Part shown: positions 12,736-25,639 of the stretch, piece after piece
Position numbering within the stretch: position 1 is the stretch's first letter
How the letters are laid out: every line of letters begins with the position of its first letter
NCBI RefSeq assembly: GCF_006345805.1
Contig: NC_042997.1
Coordinates: 147,002,001 to 147,066,000 of the forward strand
Reading direction: 5' to 3'
Length of the DNA: 64,000 nucleotides
DNA from: Octopus sinensis
Taxonomy: Eukaryota
Program-made: the position numbers and the translations under genes
The notes under the pieces: generated by a model
Seen by the model: only the letters and a program-made list of their open reading frames with translations
Told to the model about the DNA's origin: nothing
Database searches by the model: none

Positions 12736-14299
12736 CAAAGTTTTAAGTAGTGCTTTGACCTGCAAGAAACAGCAGCCAAATCTCTCTCAAATCATGCCTT
12801 ATGAAACGACAGATTGAATAAAATTGTCCAGAGTATACTATTCCAGCAGAAAGGTCATGGATGGAATGTCCTCAATCATAGCTTTGTATGCTGCATCACA
12901 GCTGTGTTGGGGATCAAACATCAACTGCCGCAAAACTAGAAAATATCACTAACATTCTCAACAGAATTGGATATGTAGATAAGGCATGAAGTTAGTAATA
13001 AATTCACCGCGAACTAACTACAGCATACGTAAAGAACGACAAAAATGCACATTAATGTAATGTTTTGAACATTTGAAAAGAAGTTAACTCTACAATGTGA
13101 AATCAAGAAGAATGCGAGAAACTCTGTTACCAAAGAAAACAAAGAAAGAAAAAATCCAGAAAAAACAAAAAAACAAAAGAAGCAAAAAACAAAAACACAT
13201 GAATTATAAGCTTGTCTCTAACCAATGCACAATGTACCGGACGAAAACAAAACAAAACCATCTCCTTCTCAGGAATAACTTAAATCCTTTTGGTTGTAGA
13301 TCTGAAATGGTAAGAAGCAATTCATCTATAGCATATAATTGGTGAGTTTAATCTTAAAGGAACACTGTATTAACAGCTTCATAAAACATACATCATAAAC
13401 TCTGAAACACTCACTAAAACTGTAGTAAAGCTGCATTATTCAAAGGAATCACAAAAAACATTAATAGTTGTGTACTAGTACTTGATGTTGATGTTATACA
13501 GAAATTCACTGATATCTTTTACAAAAATAGTGTTATATGGTAGAATCTTTAACAAGAAACATCAATGTAATCCATAAGTTCTTTGTTGGCAATACTGGAA
13601 ATATCAACATTGCTGAGAAGCGGCTAGGCTTAATAATAATGTTTTCTAATGATATAAGGCTGGAATTTAGCCTTGAAAGAAAACTACTTCTTAAAAGAAA
13701 AACATTCACGCTAATAGTCTGTATCTTTTCTTCTCACAATAAATGATGCGAAATACTTAAGTATTTACCAAACGTATGATATAATGGGATTGAGAAGAAA
13801 AGTGACCAAAAATATTACATCAGACTATAAAAACATGGCAGTCGGTGCTAACTTTCCTCTTACATCAAGACAATAGTTAATATTTCACAGTACTGCAACC
13901 AACATTTTAGATATTTTATTAACTATAAAGAAATCTGCTTCATTGACATTAAAACTAACAAGAAGCGCCCATAAAAGTGAAGCGCCTATAAAAACAATCA
14001 TATCGAAATACGCTGTCTTTGGAAATCAAAGAAAATACTTAAGGTCAGTCCAGTGATCTTTGAGTGTCATATGATATTTTCATGCGGTATCCGATGATAA
14101 ATAGATGGCTTTCCGTCGCTCGACAACGAAGATTTATTCATTAAATTGATAGGGCAGTTGAATTATTTGCTCCTGAATTAAGTGGGTGAGCATTCTGCAA
14201 ACTCGTAAGTCGGTAAGCATTCTACGTAAGTGGGTGACTACCCTTAACGTAATTCTCATCAAAAATAAGCGTGACGCAGTTTGTGTGACAAGGTTGTAT

Positions 14300-14465
14300 C
14301 TTTGAATTGCAGGTTCAAATCATCTAATGGGTTTCCATACAATTTTCTTCTACTCAGTTTCACTTACAAAGTATGAGTAACGAAAAGGACATTTGCCTTA
14401 GATGCCCCGCAGTGGGCTTGAATCCGGGGCCTCGTGATTGCGAAGCGAACTTCTTAACCATTCGA
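14300..14465 (-). mobile_element. Degenerate SINE fragment
   Basis: The minus strand reads ggttaagaagttcgcttcgcaatcacgaggccccggattcaagcccactgcggggcatctaaggcaaatgtcc, a family-B-like tRNA head. Confidence 0.6.
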
Positions 14466-15780
14466 CTACACTACAACCACGCATGAGACAACCAGCAGCA
14501 ACTAAAACAAAAAAAACAAAAAAAACAAAAAACAAAACATCAACCAACTTTCCAATATATGGGGAACAATACTGTCCAAGCTGGAAGAAAAGTTCTTTAG
14601 AAGTACTTACTTTTTTTCAAGAGATACCGAAGCTCCTATTCTTAGACACTTTAACGGAAGACACAACTGGGCGGACGACTGGAAACCGTGCAGAAACTAT
14701 GGAAGCATTGTCAAAGGCTTACATGTTATCCAGACTGCTGCTACGAGAGATCTGCCATCTGTTTGTGGCTCTAAGAGTATTGATTACGCTTGAGAACAAG
14801 ATTATCTATGCAACAAATGATATAGTTATAAACACTTGTGCGACACGTCTGACGTGGTTAAAAAATACAAAGTGTCCAGAGATTATAAACGTTACAGGAT
14901 TTAAGTAAGAGTAATATTTTATGTGCGATTACATACACACACCCGCGAACGTACAAAAACACACATCTTTGACCTTCCTTCGTTTTTGAAGATGAGCAAA
15001 ACTTCATCTTTTATAAACTGGCATCAGTTCTGAAAGAGTTACAGTAATAGAGAAAGCAACCTCGTAGACAACCAAAGGTTTATTACTGCTCCTATCTATA
15101 TTACACATTCAGTAGGATGAAACTAGGAAGGGCGCGATAGCTTGACTAACACAACAAAAGGTTCACAGCTTCTCTGTGGTTTGAAGAAATTCGAATTGTG
15201 ACTTGCGCTGAATTTGGATTATAGTGACTGAGGCCTACACCAGACGATCAGTATTATTCTATCGTCTCGGGTTTCCTGAAACTGTAGCAAGACGAACTGA
15301 GACGGCTGGAGGTATATCAAGAATGCAGATGATCAGGGCGATTTACGCATCTTCCTGCGTTCTGAGATATGCGTCCTACAGCTATGTTGAAACTTGATCA
15401 CTGATGGTTGAAATTCTTCTGAACAGTTCGCCGGAATCCAGTCTTTATACGCATAAGGTGATAACCATATGAACAATCTTACTGAGAGTTTAAAACATAT
15501 CCGCTACTCTCAGTCTAGTTTGACCGATTTTCCACTACCGCTACACAGAAAGTGGCGCACTGCTGGAGCTACCGACGAAAGCTGGTGACAAGTGGAAGCC
15601 AGTGTTCTGAAAAAAAAAAGAGTTGACAGCAACCTGTCAAAGGTATCGCCCCCACTTTCATATATTTATCAAAGGGCAGATAATCTCAACTTCATCTAGC
15701 CTTATATATATATACGTTTATATATTTGTTTTGCAAGATTTTTGATGAGAAATCGTGTGTTGAAACATATATTTTCGTAT

Positions 15781-15936
15781 TTAGGAATGGTCATTTTGCC
15801 AGTTTAGCCAATAAAAACACACGCACTATATAAGATTAAGATTAATGTAAAAAATAAATAACGCTGTAGCAAAGTAACACCAAATATATAGTGCGCGTGC
15901 TTTTATTGGCTAAACTGGCAAAATGACCATTCCTAA
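15781..15936. repeat. Foldback: 52-bp inverted arms around a 52-bp spacer
   Basis: ttaggaatggtcattttgccagtttagccaataaaaacacacgcactatata (15781-15832) is almost perfectly complementary to 15885-15936. Confidence 0.9.
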
Positions 15937-15937
15937 A

Positions 15938-16020
<83 letters not shown>

Positions 16021-17029
16021 GTGCTTAGATACATTTGTAAGTAGAACAGTAAAAATATACAAGACTTCTTAAAGTTCGATATGTAACAATTATCGTCGTT
16101 GTTATTCAAACTCTACTGATGGAACTTTTGTCTCTTCTCTCCTCCTAGAAAGAATATTGATAAATTAAAAGAAGAAATAGACATATATACATACGGACAG
16201 AGATATTTAAAACTTACAAGTTATAAATCCCGATTTTTCAAGTTTGTTACTTTAATTATCAATATACTTAATCATATTATTAAAAGTTTGGACAGTAACC
16301 TTGACTGAAAACAAAACGAAGAAAAAGATACCAAAACTATCAAGAAAAATCTTGCTAGTTGCATATTCATTCTGAAAGCGAAGCGGTAAAAAGTATTGGC
16401 GATCCTTTCGAAGAACAGCAAGGGATTCCAAAGTGCTATTGTTTAAAGTGATTGCAAATGAAGGAGACTTGTTTCATAGATAGAAACCAGCTGCTTCTAT
16501 ATTGGCTGAATTTCAAGAATAAGAAAATGTATTATACTTTACACAAGCATGTGTACTTGTAGCTACACTAAAATGGTGTTGGAAGTTATTTCGAAGTCAA
16601 TTTATTCAGGAAACCACGGAGATTTTGTATTATTAATTTAATTTTGTTTAGTCTATTTCAAGGCTATGATGGAAGGAGAGTTTATTTGTTTTTAAGATAA
16701 GTTTCTTCTTACTGAACATTTTTCTGTCAAACTAATTCTCTTACCAGCAAGTTTCTTATTTAAACAATCTTTTATTTCTAAACAGAAATAGGCAACAACA
16801 ACTGCAACAATAACAATAATAATTCACTGCAACAACAACAAAAACGGTAAATAAAACAACAACAATAACGACTGCAATAACAAAAACAATATATGAGTGA
16901 TGAATTTAATTTATCTTTAGACAAACTTAACTTAGTTTAACTACGAATGAATATTTTGCCCCTTGGCTGTCTCTCTCTTTTTTCTTCTGATTTCTTTCTC
17001 TTAGTTTTGGAATTCGAATCAGAAACTCT

Positions 17030-17124
<95 letters not shown>

Positions 17125-18029
17125 TGTGTGTGTGTGTGTGGTGTGTGTGTGTGTGTGTGCGTGTCTGTGTGTGTGTGTGTGTATAGAGAGAGAGAAAAAG
17201 AGGGAGAGGGAGAGAGAGACATATGCACACACACATATACATACACACATATCTATATACATAGATACATATCTATACATTTTTATATGTATATATATGT
17301 ATGTGTGTGATTGTATATATACACATATATATATGTATACACACGCACGCACACATATATATGCGCAGCTACATATAACATACATGAAGAGACACCAGTA
17401 CACGCACACATATGCAGATAAGTACACGCACATGCACACGCTTTCACACACATATATGCACAGTCTAGTTTATCCCACATACATATGCCCACATATATAT
17501 ATTTACATTGCGTATATATTGTATGCAAGTATATATATGTAAAAGTATTATATGTATTTACGTATATATACGTGCCAGAGGAGTGGCGCCATATTTAACA
17601 GGTTCATGTAAGTTCATAAGCACGCCATTTATCAAATAGAAATTCTCAGTACTCAGAGTTGGAGAAGAATTAGTAGCTAGCGACACTTTAGTAATGAAAG
17701 TAATAACTGTTGAAGCGATAAGAATAATTGCAACATCTCTCCATGTGTGCAAATCAAATAAATTATAAATCAAATTCTTATACATACATACATACATACA
17801 TACATACATACATACATACATACACACACACACACGGTACATGCATACATACACACACAAACGTACAATACATACATGCACATATATTTACATATATGCA
17901 TGCACATTTATTCGATATAGGTATAGATAGATGGGTGGATAGATAGATGAATTTGTAGATAGAGAAGTAGATAGATACGTCCATACATATATATTCGTAC
18001 ATTTATAAATACACGGGTAACTACAGGAG

Positions 18030-18073
<44 letters not shown>

Positions 18074-18649
18074 ACAGATAGATAGATAGATATATAGATA
18101 GATAGATATGTAGATGGGTAGATAGATAGGTAGATGGGTAGATATATATATATATATAGGTATGTAGATAGATATGTAGTTGGGTAGATAGATATGTATA
18201 TAGGGACGTATCTATTCATGTATGTATGTATGTATGTATGTATGTATGTATCTATCTATCTATCTTTACATACACAAAAACACATGCAAAACACACAAAT
18301 ACACGAGCATTTATGCATCTTTTTACATTTCAGATAAATAAACGTGCGCCATGCTTTATCTGTCTCAAACACAAATAGTCACACGCACATATTCAATCAT
18401 AATCTCTTTCAGAGAAACACTGTAACAATCTTTGTGCCTCTATATGCAACAAGTCTGTTGTTGGTTGGGTTTGTATATAGCAATATAGTTAATATACATA
18501 CGCAGAAACATATAAGTAAACTCATAAACTCATACATACAGAAACACGTATGTAAACTCAAATGCACATAAACACACATACATACATATCTATATGTATG
18601 CATGTTATATATAAATGTAAGAATAAATACCTGCATATCTATCTTTCTA

Positions 18650-18742
18650 CCTACCTACCTACCTACCTACCTACCTACCTACCTACCTACCTACCTACCT
18701 ACTTACCTACCTACCTACCTACCTACCTACCTACCTATTTAC

Positions 18743-18830
<88 letters not shown>
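18650..18830. repeat. (TACC)n then (TATC)n microsatellite at the 5' flank of the Tx1-like element
   Basis: Read directly. Confidence 0.95.
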
Positions 18831-21800
18831 ACCTTCACATTCCACAACACATCGTGGAAAACACACAAAAAAAAAAACAATATTTATAATAAGTAATATA
18901 ACAAGAAAACAAGAAGAACAGAAAATGCACCGCAGGAAAAAATCGAAAGGGCAGGCGACCACGCTGCTATTTGTGTGGAAGCGAAACACACTTGAAAAAG
19001 ACGTGCCACAACCATGCACACCAAGCCAACAACCAACAACCACTACCACAACCAAAGCACTCCGGAAAAAAAAAGTATCTACTACCCACACCACCATTCA
19101 ACAAGAAGACGACAATAGAGAGCAAGCCACACCCAAGCTAATACGCCATCAACCCAACAACCACTCAACACCTGAAAAAATACCAACACCACCAACAACA
19201 GAAAACCCCCCAAAGGAACAGAAAAAAGAAAAAACAAGAAAACACACACCAACTGATCCCCCATCCCTTATACCGCACTCAACACACACAAACACTCAAC
19301 AACCAACAACAACGAAAACAACAACACAACCACTTACACAGACATACATAGAAGCTCACAGCATACCCCTACCCCCTACTGATTCCTCAGAAATTTCGTC
19401 GGAAGACGAAACCAGTGAGGAATGGCAAATAGCTACAAAAAGAAGGAAATAAAGAGCAGAAACACACCAAACCAAATGCAAACACGAACAAAGCAGGGGG
19501 AAATACATCTCACGAAGACATTTCAAAACCCAACGCAAACAACAGCCACACCAACACCACAAAAATATATACAGCAAACATGCTCACAGCTATAGACACC
19601 AAACACAAATTTGATGGAATACATCCAATCAAAAACAAACATAACAGATGACATAAAAACAAACAATCACCCATACACAACACCACTAGACCACATCAAA
19701 ATATTACACATCTCCAAAAGTCTGCACCACACACTCAAAGGCATTTCCCCAGCGCGGTTGGTAAATGCCAAAAATATCTCACAAAGAAACTGTACTGGGA
19801 TCTCCTCGAGGACAAACCAAAGGAGGAGAAAGCAAAAACTTTCGAGCAGTAAGTAACCCTCTGTTCCTTTCACTTGTATTCTAATTCATTAGGACTATGA
19901 TCAAGATTGGTTGTGTAAATGCGCGTGGCTTGGGGTCCCCTTGGAAACAAGGGTACCTCTTAAATGACATAAAGTCACATAAGTTAGAAATCATAGCCAT
20001 AAGTGAGACCAGACTCCACAATCCGCGGGCCCTAAAGACCATGTTTGGCGGACAGTTCAACATTTATTTTCCCCCTGTCTGCCGAGAATGGGCGGTAGTG
20101 GCACCGCGGAACTTTTTCACAAGAGTCTGGATCTCAAAGTAAGTACAATATTCGTAGACCCGGAGGGTAGACTGGTCGTCCTGGATGTCGACGGCAGCAA
20201 TGGGTGCGCTTTTCGACTCGTATCAGTCTACGCACCGCCCTTAACAGGTCGGGCGGATTTCTTTCAACGTCTAGAAGTATTCTGGGAACGTCTCGTCCTT
20301 TACTCTTAGTGGGGGATTGGAATGCTACCTTGGACACGCATGTAGACTACGTGGGTAGAGATAGGAATAGACGGGGATGCAAATGCCTCAGAGACCTGCT
20401 CAGACGCTTTCAACTGTCTGACAGGTTCCGACTAGACCACCCGAATGCGCCAACGTGGACATGGAGCAACCGCATCGGGTCGTCGAGATCGTATCTAGAT
20501 AGGATACTGTAGGACAGTAGACAGAGATAGCATAGGATGTCCACAATTCCACATAGTCAGCTACACGGATCACAAACTTGTGACATGTACGCTAGACTTA
20601 GGTAAGACACTTAGGCAGGGTCCCGGATACTGGAAACTAAACGTGTCTTTCCCACGTTTATGCCGTGGTTGATGATGCGCAGACACGCGCTGAGACTGCG
20701 ACATCTCTGGCTCTATGTAGACGACAGTGAACAGGTGTGGTCGCCGTTTGTGAGGCACGCTTTCCCGCAGCTCGTCTCCATGACCGAACTGCAGTCGTGG
20801 ATCAAAAAGAGGCCGAGGAAGGGCGAATGGCACCGCGAGTGTCGCGTTGCTCTCAAGCAACTCTGCCGTCCTGGGTCGACCTTGAGTGACTTCAACACAA
20901 CCAAAGCATTCTATAGGGGTTTAGTGGAGGGGAGGTACGACGACAAGCTCGGGGCGAACCTGGACGTCGACGAGGAGTACCTGACCCGCCTGTTCAGGAC
21001 GACTTTCGGGCCAGGGCCCATGGACAACTTCCAGAGATCCCTGGCCTGGCAGTGCTACCGAGAAGCGCTACCCGTTCGGGATAAGCTCTACAGACACGGC
21101 TCGAGAAACACGGGGCCGACCTGCCCGAGATGCGGTCAGAGCGACGAAACCGTTCTGCACGCACTCGTGCAGTGTCCAACAATTTCCGACCTGTGGGCTT
21201 ATGTCGAACAACTGCTGTCACGTGTGGGACGAGTCGGTTTATCAGCTGAGTCTATCGTCAATATTGTCACGCCTCCTTCCTTCAAACGGGAAGGAAGAGC
21301 TATTTTCATCATCCTTGTGGCTATTTGGAGACAAACACTTTCCTCTCTGGTCAATCTCTCATCAACTTCTTCAAGTACCACTTGAAAAGGAAAGTGAGAG
21401 TAGAGAGGCAAGTTTTGTCTAGCGAATGTTTTAAAAAAAGATGGGTGAATGTAGCAAGGATGGCACGTATGAATGACGAAGCCACCTTGAGCATAATCCT
21501 ATGAACCAGAAATTGAAAACAGAGGGTTACCCACTTGCAAACAAATGTGGTAACATATAACAATATTGACCAAGGTTACCGTGGTCTTTTTCGTAGGCTT
21601 TTCTTCCACGGATAAACCTTACTTGCTTTCCCCTTTACACCATATATCATAACACTGTGACACGATCCCTATTAATCGTTCTTTTTTTCCTCTTCCCCTT
21701 TTTTTCCCCCTTTTTTCTTCTTTTTTCACTTCTCTTTTCTTTTCTTCCTTTTCCTTTTCTTTTTTTTTCTTTTTCTTTTTTATTTATTAATTTATTATTT

Positions 21801-21925
21801 TTGTCTTTTCTTCCCTTTTACGATCCCTCTTGATCGAAAACCTACGCCACCCCTTTTTTTTCTTTTGTTTTTTGTTTTCTTCACCCCCCCATCTTTGTGC
21901 AGCCCTGTGTGGCCAATAAAGAATC
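18831..21925 (+). mobile_element. Tx1/L1-clade LINE: ORF1 remnant with zinc knuckle, ORF2 APE endonuclease and C-terminal CCHC, with the RT domain deleted
   Basis: ORF1 has GRRPRCYLCGSETHLKKTC (CCHC at 18965-19006). The endonuclease has IGCVNARGL, ISETR, VSVYAP, GDWNA, SYLDRIL, TDHKLV and GYWKLN. It is joined at about 20650 to MPWLMMRRHAL...CPRCGQSDETVLHALVQC, with the stop at 21502-21504. A T-rich 3' UTR carries AATAAA at 21915. Confidence 0.9.
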
Positions 21926-21926
21926 T

Positions 21927-22012
<86 letters not shown>
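21927..22012. repeat. (TATC)n microsatellite at the 3' flank of the Tx1-like element
   Basis: Read directly. Confidence 0.95.
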
Positions 22013-22014
<2 letters not shown>

Positions 22015-22457
22015 CATACATTCTGTGCATCTGTCTATCCCTCCTACTCTCTGTTTTCTTTGTTTATCAATCTATCTACCTGTCTGCTTGTGAGTCTCTG
22101 CACTTGCTTCCTGTCCGTTTGTCCACCTCTTCCTTTCTCTCTGTCTATTTGTCCGTCTGCATACATCTTGTCTACCTGTCTATCTATCATCCACTCCATC
22201 ATACCTACATCTATTTCTCCCTCCCTCTCAGTACATTTTATTTATTTCTTAATTCCTTCAATTTACAATACAAGAAAGAGGTTGGCTGTTTCTCACACCG
22301 CATCCTACCAAACATTTTCTCACAACATTTTACTTATAAATGATAAACTAGAGAAAAAGTCTAAATAATTTCAGTTTTTACTTCACCACTACACTTGGCA
22401 GATTAGCTTATATATGGTATTTTTTGTATTTACCTGTAATGCTTGACTTTCAAGATA

Positions 22458-22982
22458 ATTACTCTTTTACTCTTTTACTCTTTTACTTGTTTCAGTCATT
22501 TGACTGCGGCCATGCTAGAGCACTACCTTTAGTCGAGCAAATCGACCCCAGGACTTATTCTTTGTAAACCTAGTACTTATTCTATCGGTCTCTTTTCCTG
22601 AACCGCTAAGTTACGGGGACGTAAACACACCACCATCGGTTGTCAAGCAATGTTGGGAGGGGGGGAGAAACATAGACACACAAACATATACACACACATA
22701 CATATATACATATATACGACAGGCTTCTTTCAGTTTCCGTCTACCAAATCCACTCACAAGGCTTTGGTCGGCTCGAGGCTATAGTAGAAGACACTTGCCC
22801 AAGGTACCACGCAGTGGGACTGAACCCGGAACCATGTGGTTGGTAAACAAGCTACTTACCACACAGTCACTCCTGCGCCTATAGATACTTACCACACAGC
22901 CACTCCTGCACCTATAGCTACTTACCACACAGCCACTCCTGCACCTATAGCTACTTACCACACAGCCACACCTGCGCCATAG
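22458..22982 (-). mobile_element. Full-length SINE family B with a quadruplicated 33-bp 5' head
   Basis: Tail (agtaaaag)n, body as at 23887-24215, and 4 x 33-bp units at 22851-22982. Confidence 0.9.
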
Positions 22983-23694
22983 TTAATAATGTAATTAAAA
23001 GCGTCACTAGTTAAAGGAAAAGATCCTTTATAAGGTTGGTTGTGGGCTGCTGGGGTTTTTTTGTAGGGGCTGTTAATTCTGTAAAGCCCTGACTGGGCTT
23101 GGTATGCAGCAAAGTGGAGGGCCATAAATTACATTCCCGTAGCTACAGAGGGGACACCAGGTGACTTTTGATAATGAGGGGCATGTCGATGCTTTTCTGC
23201 CAATGGGATGTAAGCTGGAGTTTGATTAACGCTGGCTGGTTCACTTGCAGGATGGTGTCTGATGTTGAATGACCCGAAATTCGCTCAGATCTTAGAAACA
23301 TTTCTGATGATACATCCCAGAATATCCGTGAGATGTATTTTGGAACTAAAAAAGGAAAACGAACTTTTGAATAAAATTTGAGTTTGTTACAATGGAAACG
23401 CCTTTGAATCTTGGCTTGTTCGATCAAGAATGATCGAATACTAATCAACTGTCAAAGAAGCCTGTTCGCAGAGCTGTTAGATTAGAAGATAGACTACTTT
23501 CCAGCAATCATTCTGGATTTCTGTGTTCGAGCTCACCTTTATTTTTCATCATTTTAGGGTTGATAAATAAAATGCTGAGAAAGAAGATTGTTTGCTTGTT
23601 ATTTTTTTCTTGCTGTGTATGTCTGCTTGTCAGTCTACCTTTCTGAAAGGAATCGGCTACGCTGAGACCTGGGGAGTAATAGGAAGCACCACGT

Positions 23695-23770
23695 ATAGCA
23701 AATTCCCGCCCCGCCCTACTTGCTGTATATTATGACGTCGATCCTATGATTCCACCAAGGGGTCGCGAGT
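23695..23770. promoter_or_regulatory. Candidate proximal promoter motif cluster
   Basis: GC box cccgccccgccc (23705-23716), CRE-like TGACGTCG (23733-23740) and TCGCGA (23763-23768) within 65 bp of non-repeat sequence. Motif evidence only. Confidence 0.35.
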
Positions 23771-23886
23771 CCAAAGCAAAGCAATGCAAACAACCATCAC
23801 CAGAACCTGTGACAATAGCATTTGCATTATCACCTCCACCACTACTACCACCACCACTTAGTGTACCAATAACTTACAAATCCACG

Positions 23887-24215
23887 CAGGAGTGGCTGTG
23901 TGGTAAGTAGCTTGCTTACCAACCACATGGTTCCGGGTTCAGTCCCACTGCGTGTCACTTTGGGCAAGTGTCTTCTACTATAGCCTCGGGCCGACCAAAG
24001 CCTTGTGAGTAGATTTGGTAGACGGAAACTGAAAGAAGCCATCATATATGTATATGTTTATATGTGTGTGTGTGTGTTTGTCCCCCCAACATCGCTTGAC
24101 AACCGATGCTGGTGTGTTCGCGTCCCAGTAACTTAGCGGTTCGGCAAAAGAGAACGATAGAATAAGTACTAGGCTTACAAAGAATAAGTCCTGGGGTCGA
24201 TTTGCTCGACTAAAA
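23887..24215 (+). mobile_element. SINE family B copy
   Basis: gcaggagtggctgtgtggtaag (A-box-like) and ggttcagtccc (B-box-like), internal (TG)n, and the gaataagtactaggcttacaaagaataagtcctggggtcga 3' body. Confidence 0.92.
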
Positions 24216-25219
24216 GTAAAAAAAAGTACAAATGAAAATTCATAGTCTGCTTAGAGAAGCTGTAGAGTTCGAAACTATAATCTCTCTTTCTCTCTACATA
24301 TTCTCTTTCTAAGTTGATAGAGAATGATATATTCACTGGATTGCTACTGTATTGCTAGACAACTTCCACCACAACTCAAGATAATTTTTGTTTTTCTAAG
24401 TCACAGAAAACTAATTCAGCCTTTAAATTTGTCAGAGATTTTGACAGTAATATCCACCAATTTCCCTTATATCGAAATCTATGAATGTATTCAAAATCAG
24501 TTGCATTATCGATATGACATTAGTTCCAGTACGGTCCGGTCCTATTTACGGATAGCCTTGTATATTGTTTTAGCAAGCAGATTACACTCCATAGGAAGGT
24601 AATATTTTCATGACATTTTAGAGCATCAGTTAATCCCATGTGTCATGTTTTCCACAGATATATATGATATAATCGACATTTTCAATCTCATCTTGAGGAT
24701 TTAAGGGCTTCGCTGACCATTTTGTTCAACAGATACTTTGTGGTTATTTCTTGATCTTGATGTATAAACGCATGATTTTCGAAATGTGATGTGATGTAAT
24801 GATCACGAGTCCCAGAAAGGTTACATATCCCGTCAATATTTGCATCGCTCCCAACATTATGTATCTATTTATACATGTATCTATGTATTCATGAATTCAT
24901 GTACGCATTTACGTATGTATGTTTACATGTATGCGCTTATGTATGTATGTATCGCTTGCAATTATGTGGTTTCGGTTTCAGTCTCACTGCACGGAACTTG
25001 AGCAATTGTCTTCAACCACACATCCAGCCGGCCAATACTTTGTGAGTGAATTTGGAAAACGGAAACTATGTGAAAGCCCTGTAGTTGCAGTGTGTATCGT
25101 ATTATTGGAAGTAGACAAGATGATGATACTATTTATTCATCAGTTGCAGGCGTACATCAAACTCTACACATAGTAAATACTCTAAACTACATCTTGTTTA
25201 TTATATATATATATATAAT

Positions 25220-25265
<46 letters not shown>

Positions 25266-25279
25266 ATATATATAATATG

Positions 25280-25342
<63 letters not shown>

Positions 25343-25639
25343 CATAATAATAATAATAATAATAATATAATTTGAGGGAACATTATTCCTAACTTACAGG
25401 GAAAAATTCAATTTAGAAATACTAAATCAAATTTCACAAAATATAATATATATATTAAAATCAGAAAAAAACTCACCCTTTATCAATTCAAAATGAACAA
25501 TTAAATTACACCATCTAGAAAATTACATATAATAGAAATATTAAATATAAAATAACAATAATATACCAATGATTAAATAATGGGCAAAATAATAAATAAA
25601 ACGTATATATTTGGTAGAATAACTTAGGTAGAATAACAT

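Noticed and set aside
12071-14908. ORFs 12071-12340, 13537-13746 and 14438-14908 as coding exons
   Set aside because: No recognisable domain, non-ATG or SINE-derived starts, and no consistent splice-phase chain that I could build.
18562-19452. 296-aa ORF as a host protein
   Set aside because: It starts in (TACC)n/(TATC)n repeats and continues into the frameshifted Tx1 ORF1 remnant. The zinc knuckle is in another frame.
23143-23448. 101-aa minus-strand ORF near the promoter-like cluster
   Set aside because: No recognisable motif, and it lies downstream of the candidate splice donor (that is, intronic in that model).
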